From IMG/VR virus record IMGVR_UViG_3300025114_000001, positions 1-60,475 of that record: a DNA stretch of 60,475 nucleotides; one strand, given 5' to 3'. The notes beneath the pieces are model-generated. The model was not told the DNA's origin. It was given only the letters and a program-made list of their open reading frames with translations, and did no database searches. Source of the DNA: a virus. Taxonomy: Duplodnaviria; Caudoviricetes. The translations under genes were made by a program, and so were the position numbers. Positions 56,101 through 60,475 of the stretch are shown piece after piece (position 1 is the stretch's first letter; each line of letters starts with the position of its first letter).

Positions 56101-56340
56101 CCATGGGTTGTTAGCCTATGGTGCTGTCTGGTCAACATTGGTAATACAAGGTTTCTAAGATTTCGCTTTGTATTGCCACCAGGCAGCGGATCCATCAGCG
56201 AACTAAGTAATGAAGGCGCGATTGCCTATACACGCGCTCAACGGCCCGGTTTGGTATAACTAAGCCGGAGAAGAAAATAAAATTAGACATAGGCTGGCGA
56301 GGGCAAGGCGGCAAGGACAGCCTCCCTGATGGGTTCTCAT
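56101..56340 (+). ncRNA. Unclassified structured RNA (multibranched, possible pseudoknot)
   Basis: Seven helices, most with G-U wobbles consistent with the + strand, in a non-coding gap; see findings. Confidence 0.6.
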
Positions 56341-56356
56341 TTTCTGGAGTTTATTG

Positions 56357-56455
56357 ATGTTATCTTCACTAGCTTGGCAATTGATATGGAAATCAGCCGC
56401 TGGTTTGGTGCTTGCTTTTGTTTTTTTTCTGGTTATTTATAGCACCTACGAATAA
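56357..56455 (+). CDS. 32-aa single-TM peptide (not in the ORF track)
   Basis: GGAG RBS, then MLSSLAWQLIWKSAAGLVLAFVFFLVIYSTYE. Confidence 0.5.
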   Translation: MLSSLAWQLIWKSAAGLVLAFVFFLVIYSTYE

Positions 56456-56490
56456 GTATTATATACCACCATATTGAGGAGGAAGTCACT

Positions 56491-56870
56491 TTGGGGTAAT
56501 CACTGGAATTGCACTCGGGTTTCTATACGCTAACTTCCTTGATTGGTCAGTGCATATCCTCCTCCATAAGCCTAAAGGCAAATCGCGCTTTCGATTTCAT
56601 TATTGGAAGCATCACGCAATCTCAAGAAAAAATGGAAACCATGATGAAGACTATTCAGAAAAGATTTTTCATAATGAGACTTGGTTAACACTTTTAGGCG
56701 CAGCTGCCCACCTTCCTTTGTTGTGGGTTTGGTTTCCGTTTGCAGCAACAGCCATCATCTACGCATTGGTGTGTGGTCTGCCCTTTGATGGACCATCTAG
56801 CAGGTACAAGGGAAAAATATTTAAACTAAACATAGTTACAACACTATGGAAGTTAAACAAGGTGATCTAG
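56491..56870 (+). pseudogene. Fatty acid hydroxylase/sterol desaturase-family remnant
   Basis: His boxes (DWSVHILLH; FHYWKHH) and TM segments are present. The RBS-linked TTG is out of frame (TTG GGG TAA) and the downstream His boxes are missing. Confidence 0.55.
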
Positions 56871-57070
56871 TAGCTTGCTATATAACAAATACTAGCGAGT
56901 GGAGGGTGTTGGTGACCTGGGGGCTTGTGCTAGAAGTCAAGCCCCTTTTGGGAGATATTTTTGTTTTAGACAATGATGGCCACTCAGCATGGTGGCCACA
57001 CAGAAGATGGAAAGTTGTTTCTGCAAAAAAAGATATAAAACATCTTGACTTAGACATCGAAATAGTGTAA
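56846..57070 (+). CDS. Small SH3/KOW-like protein
   Basis: VKQGDLV...WGLVLEV. Confidence 0.55.
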   Translation: MEVKQGDLVACYITNTSEWRVLVTWGLVLEVKPLLGDIFVLDNDGHSAWWPHRRWKVVSAKKDIKHLDLDIEIV

Positions 57071-57106
57071 TATAGTAATAGAAGAATTAAAAAAAAGGCA
57101 TTAAAA

Positions 57107-57304
57107 GTGATCAAAACTGGAGACTTAGTAAAATATACTTGGTCAGATACCGTCGGCCTCGTGGTAAAGGTCAATAGAGAATCCCTGTCTGGGGAAATCA
57201 TGGTGAAGGTACAATGGCCAGATTACTTCGCCAAAAAGAATAACGCCGGCTCGAATACTTGGTTTACTCGACTCGACAGATGGCTAATGAAAGTAGAAAA
57301 ATAA
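57107..57304 (+). CDS. Small SH3/KOW-like protein
   Basis: IKTGDLV...VGLVVKV...KVQW; promoter TTGACT-17bp-TAATAT at 57045-57073. Confidence 0.6.
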   Translation: MIKTGDLVKYTWSDTVGLVVKVNRESLSGEIMVKVQWPDYFAKKNNAGSNTWFTRLDRWLMKVEK

Positions 57305-57654
57305 TGGGATATAGATCAGAAGTCGCGCTCTCGGTAACAACTGACGCAGCCTTCCTTCTTAAAGAACTTTGTGAACACAACACCGACTTGAAAGAAATTA
57401 TAGAGGAAGGCCTGAACGGCATGGGTTGGAATTCCGAAACAATCAGGAATGGTCATGAAATTACCTTCTACTGGGCGGATATAAAATGGTATGATAGTTA
57501 CCCAGGAATTGTTCAGATTCAAGCCTTTATGGATAATTACAACTCCGATGAATGGCGTTTTATACGAATTGGAGAAGACATTGATGATAACATTGAAGAC
57601 GGTTATTTTTATGATTCTGGAATATATATAAATAGGTCAATAGAGGGTCAGTGA
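57304..57654 (+). CDS. Conserved phage hypothetical protein
   Basis: MGYRSEV...IKWY...FIRIGEDIDD; start overlaps the upstream stop (TAATG). Confidence 0.65.
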   Translation: MGYRSEVALSVTTDAAFLLKELCEHNTDLKEIIEEGLNGMGWNSETIRNGHEITFYWADIKWYDSYPGIVQIQAFMDNYNSDEWRFIRIGEDIDDNIEDGYFYDSGIYINRSIEGQ

Positions 57655-57655
57655 T

Positions 57656-57946
57656 ATGATAAAATTTCAGATAGGTGATTCTGTTCTGGCCTATAAAGGC
57701 AGCTCGAATACTAAGCTAGTTGGTATAATTTTTAAGTCGAGTAATGTTTCTGGTTCAGACTATCCTGATAGGTGTGTTTTCTCAGTGAGATTCCAGGATA
57801 TGCCAGCTAACCATGCAACTTTTGTGTATACCGGCTCGTCGCGAGGATATGATCCAACAATTTGGTACCTCCCCGGAACAGATTTGCTCACAGAAGCAAG
57901 TATTATTGAAGTCCATAGAGGAACAGAAGTGATATGGACGGGGTAA
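57656..57946 (+). CDS. Small SH3/KOW-like protein
   Basis: FQIGDSV...VGII. Confidence 0.5.
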   Translation: MIKFQIGDSVLAYKGSSNTKLVGIIFKSSNVSGSDYPDRCVFSVRFQDMPANHATFVYTGSSRGYDPTIWYLPGTDLLTEASIIEVHRGTEVIWTG

Positions 57947-58113
57947 TTTTTGCCTGTGCATCAATCTGGATACTGACCTTTCTAGTGTCTAGGATTGTAC
58001 GCTCCCACGAGCGAGATAGAGAATTAAAAAAGTATGTGGTTGAACAGTTAATCAAAGCACACGTACAAAAAAAGAAAATTGACCGGCTTTACGGTCGAGA
58101 TGGAGAAGAATAA
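57934..58113 (+). CDS. Small membrane-anchored protein (not in the ORF track)
   Basis: MDGVIFACASIWILTFLVSRIV..., 59 aa. Confidence 0.45.
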   Translation: MDGVIFACASIWILTFLVSRIVRSHERDRELKKYVVEQLIKAHVQKKKIDRLYGRDGEE

Positions 58114-58182
58114 AATGATTGATTTTTTTATAAATGTTAGTGGCTTGGCCCTAGCAATATTCACTGCCTCTGTTGTCTATGA

Positions 58183-58440
58183 TTGGTGGAGGAAGAGAAG
58201 TTTGTGATAGAGAGAATCAAAAGATTAATAATGGAGTCGCTCCCTTATGAGCCGGGAAAACAAACAACTTACGAGGCTGTGTATACTGACGTTGGCAGCT
58301 ATTGTACTGATCTGGGTATCCAGATAGAGGAAAACTCCTTTAATAGAGCTTTACATTTCTTACACACTGAGCAGTGTTTGGTATACTTCGATCCCACGAA
58401 TATTAAGCCAACTCAGTATGGATTAAATAAATATAAATAG
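58183..58440 (+). CDS. Hypothetical protein (possible winged helix)
   Basis: FNRALHFL...IKPTQYG; the start may be GTG 58204. Confidence 0.5.
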   Translation: MVEEEKFVIERIKRLIMESLPYEPGKQTTYEAVYTDVGSYCTDLGIQIEENSFNRALHFLHTEQCLVYFDPTNIKPTQYGLNKYK

Positions 58441-58452
58441 TTCAGTAAGTGC

Positions 58453-58481
58453 TTGACTTTACTAAGGAAAAGTGTTATACT
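58453..58481 (+). promoter_or_regulatory. Sigma70 promoter
   Basis: TTGACT-17bp-TATACT with extended TG. Confidence 0.75.
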
Positions 58482-58507
58482 ATATATAGACAATTAAGGA
58501 ATATCAA

Positions 58508-58801
58508 ATGTTTCATCAAGACGAAATTAGTTTTACTGACGCCAAGAAAAATGTGAATAAGCAAGGGTTGCATATTCTACACGACATCGTCTCTGCCTTT
58601 CAAAAAGGTGTTTTTGACGACCCTTCCCAATCTGCACTTTATTGTAATATGTTAGCATGTATCTGCGAAGGGAAGATTGAAGGAAAGATGGATGAAGAAT
58701 CTATGGACGTTTTCTGGTCTTTAACTCCCGCCTACCAAGAACAGCTCGACTCCCTCAAGGAAGCTCTAGCTAGCAAGAATGTAGTTGCCGGCCCCTGGTA
58801 A
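58508..58801 (+). CDS. Hypothetical protein
   Basis: 97-aa ORF with AAGGA RBS. Confidence 0.6.
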   Translation: MFHQDEISFTDAKKNVNKQGLHILHDIVSAFQKGVFDDPSQSALYCNMLACICEGKIEGKMDEESMDVFWSLTPAYQEQLDSLKEALASKNVVAGPW

Positions 58802-58840
58802 TAGCTAAAAGTAAAACATTCTGAAGATAAGGAAATAAAA

Positions 58841-59038
58841 ATGAAAATGGAATTATTCTGCTTTTTTGTGGGATTAATAATGGGCCTTGCTGTGACCATT
58901 ACGCTCAACAAGGACGATACGAAGCCAGGCCCATTTTGTGATCTCACTGAGCACACCCGACTAAAGATAGTGTTAGATGAATGCTCCGCAGCTGCAATGT
59001 CTTGCGCTTGGAAGGACTCAGAATATGAAATACAGTGA
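58841..59038 (+). CDS. Small membrane/secreted protein
   Basis: N-terminal hydrophobic helix. Confidence 0.5.
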   Translation: MKMELFCFFVGLIMGLAVTITLNKDDTKPGPFCDLTEHTRLKIVLDECSAAAMSCAWKDSEYEIQ

Positions 59039-59204
59039 CTATATTAAACCTGGCGATTATATCATGTATCGCTTCGACGACAGTCATGGTGTCGTGTTAT
59101 CTAATAACCTGGAAGGTGGGACATTGGTGATTTACGATACAGAAGACGGTATTGCTCGCTGTGTGGTGACTAGCCAATGTGAGATAATCAGTGAAAGTCG
59201 GTGA
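59025..59204 (+). CDS. Small SH3-like cassette protein ending ISESR
   Basis: MKYSDYIKPGDYI...HGVVL...EIISESR. Confidence 0.55.
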   Translation: MKYSDYIKPGDYIMYRFDDSHGVVLSNNLEGGTLVIYDTEDGIARCVVTSQCEIISESR

Positions 59205-59379
59205 TTTAGTGCTGTCCGGTCGTGGGGTTGTAGGTATTGTAACGGGAATCGGCTACCACGGCGGGAGTCCGAGTTACGAGAAATGCCCCTTTGAGAACCC
59301 AGACATCCATGTTATGACTACGAGTGGCCACTGTGTATGGAGCTATCATGCCCTGGAGTTAATCAGTGAAAGTAGGTGA
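59191..59379 (+). CDS. MKVGDLV...ISESR cassette protein
   Basis: GTG start within repeat 1 and stop within repeat 2. Confidence 0.7.
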   Translation: MKVGDLVLSGRGVVGIVTGIGYHGGSPSYEKCPFENPDIHVMTTSGHCVWSYHALELISESR

Positions 59380-59569
59380 CTTGGTGCGCTGGATCGCAGG
59401 ATATATCGGCACCGGCTCTGTTGGCTTAATTATTTCCGTTGGATACGGCGAAGAGTATACAGACACTGAGCAAAGTTGTGATCTGCATCCTGATATTTGG
59501 GTATTGGTTAACGGACACAAAGAACGATGGAACGAACGATATTTGGAGCTAATCAGTGAAAGTCGGTGA
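59366..59569 (+). CDS. MKVGDLV...ISESR cassette protein
   Basis: Start within repeat 2 and stop within repeat 3. Confidence 0.7.
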   Translation: MKVGDLVRWIAGYIGTGSVGLIISVGYGEEYTDTEQSCDLHPDIWVLVNGHKERWNERYLELISESR

Positions 59570-59735
59570 TCTGGTGCAATGGTATACCGAGTATGCTGAT
59601 TGTATTACGGTAGACATCGGCCTCGTTCAACAAGTTGCATCTAATCACGTCTTCATCATATGGCAAACCGGAGATGGCAATGGCTGGTTTTGTCCAGGAC
59701 ACCCAAGCATAGGAGTTATCAGTGAAAGTCGGTGA
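59556..59735 (+). CDS. MKVGDLV...ISESR cassette protein (not in the ORF track)
   Basis: MKVGDLVQWYTEYADC...IGVISESR, 59 aa, running from repeat 3 to repeat 4. Confidence 0.7.
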   Translation: MKVGDLVQWYTEYADCITVDIGLVQQVASNHVFIIWQTGDGNGWFCPGHPSIGVISESR

Positions 59736-59738
59736 AAA

Positions 59739-59969
59739 GTGATTCGCTCGCGAGCAGAAAAACCAATCAGAGGAATAGAAATAGACCTTAATGGCCCCGA
59801 AGGAAACGCGTTTTCGCTAATGAAACAAGTTGCAGTCCTTGGTCGCGACCTTGGTTATTCACAACAAAGGATAACTGCAATCAGAAAAGTAATGATGATG
59901 GGCGACTATGATGGTTTGGTTAAAATGTTTGACAGAGAATTTGGACATATTGTGACGCTATGGAAATAA
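59739..59969 (+). CDS. Conserved phage hypothetical protein
   Basis: IEIDLNGPEGNAFSLM...GDYDGLV..FD motif. Confidence 0.65.
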   Translation: MIRSRAEKPIRGIEIDLNGPEGNAFSLMKQVAVLGRDLGYSQQRITAIRKVMMMGDYDGLVKMFDREFGHIVTLWK

Positions 59970-60154
59970 AGGTTGGTGATCTGGTAATACACATCTTCAA
60001 AGAACGAGTAGGCCTTGTTTACAAGTTAGCCGATGATCCATTAGCTCGCAAGAATGATTCTTTCGATGTTTTGTGGCTTGATGGAGCCGTCAGCTACAGC
60101 GTTTGGGATTATGATCTGTTGCCGGCCAATGAAAGCCGATGCGCCAACCAATGA
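59960..60154 (+). CDS. KVGDLV family SH3-like protein
   Basis: IKVGDLV...VGLV...VLW; ends ...NESRCANQ. Confidence 0.6.
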   Translation: MEIKVGDLVIHIFKERVGLVYKLADDPLARKNDSFDVLWLDGAVSYSVWDYDLLPANESRCANQ

Positions 60155-60333
60155 AAGTTGGCGACTTAGTAAGATGTATTTCAGCTGAAAGCATCATCGG
60201 CCTGATTGTCAGTATCAAGCCAAATGTGTATGATGCTGTAACTAAACGATCTATTTTTAATGTGTTGCTTAGTGGTGAGATTTATCCATTCCGCTCTGAT
60301 ATGTTGGAGGTAATCAGTAAAAATAAGTCTTGA
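60151..60333 (+). CDS. KVGDLV family SH3-like protein
   Basis: MKVGDLVRC...IGLIV...LEVISK. Confidence 0.6.
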   Translation: MKVGDLVRCISAESIIGLIVSIKPNVYDAVTKRSIFNVLLSGEIYPFRSDMLEVISKNKS

Positions 60334-60358
60334 CTTTTGGCTAAGTATCTGATATTAT
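60330..60358 (+). promoter_or_regulatory. Sigma70 promoter
   Basis: TTGACT-17bp-TATTAT. Confidence 0.7.
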
Positions 60359-60385
60359 TATAATATAAACAATCGGAGAAGTCAA

Positions 60386-60475
60386 ATGAAAGTCGGTGAC
60401 TTGGTGGATTTTGAATTTGAAGATATATATACTGGCTTGGTTGTTTCGATGGACGGTGTACATATAAAGGTGTTG
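60386..60475 (+). CDS. KVGDLV family protein, truncated by the window end
   Basis: MKVGDLVDFEFEDIYTGLVV..., GGAG RBS. Confidence 0.6.
   Translation, partial: MKVGDLVDFEFEDIYTGLVVSMDGVHIKVL

Larger units (their letters stand above)
59181..59735 (+). repeat. Four direct repeats, consensus GAGNTAATCAGTGAAAGTCGGTGA, at gene junctions
   Basis: Copies start at about 59181, 59356, 59546 and 59712. Confidence 0.9.

Noticed and set aside
56101-56340. tmRNA, group I/II intron or hammerhead identity for the structured region
   Set aside because: There are no tRNA-like ends or tag ORF, it interrupts no gene, and I could not find the catalytic core motifs.
418-58956. Numerous minus-strand and alternate-frame ORFs in the ORF track
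   Set aside because: They shadow well-supported + strand genes and show no RBS or recognisable motifs.
59181-59735. CRISPR array interpretation of the regularly spaced repeats
   Set aside because: The spacers are about 140-160 bp, open reading frames run through them, the repeats are degenerate and non-palindromic, and no cas genes are present.
1-60475. Stop-codon reassignment, as seen in some large phages
   Set aside because: Conserved genes are full length in the standard code, and TAA, TAG and TGA all terminate genes.
46539-60475. Diversity-generating retroelement as the source of minigene diversity
   Set aside because: No reverse transcriptase and no template/variable repeat pair with adenine-specific differences is visible in this window.

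Overview
This window is a segment of a large, probably jumbo-class, contractile-tailed (T4-like myovirus) bacteriophage genome, with essentially all real genes on the + strand. From left to right it holds: the end of a fibre-like virion protein; a tail module (sheath, tube, probable frameshifting chaperone, tape measure, baseplate); a replication block (compact PolA, degenerate tubulin/FtsZ-like protein, gp32-like SSB, RecA, 5'-3' exonuclease, DnaB-like helicase, DnaE); nucleotide metabolism genes (NrdJ, ThyX, dUTPase, MazG-like, GuaB, Tdk); proteostasis genes (GroES, GroEL, ClpP, MoxR AAA plus VWA-peptidase); and a long tract of small accessory genes behind strong sigma70 promoters. A MopE-repeat/vWA lipoprotein and a stand-alone LeuA-regulatory-like protein hint at a Myxococcota-like host (inference). 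The best candidates for novelty are: (1) a non-canonical tRNA-Gly(CCC)-like RNA directly upstream of a Mom-family DNA adenine-hypermodification gene and downstream of a ParB-like gene, possibly a dedicated non-ribosomal glycyl donor; (2) an unclassified ~240-nt structured RNA at 56.1-56.3 kb; (3) an array of short SH3-like gene cassettes joined by a dual-coding ~25-30 bp repeat; (4) a +1 frameshift site in the tail chaperone; (5) a ThyX with a rewritten signature motif. All calls come from reading motifs by eye; no searches were run.
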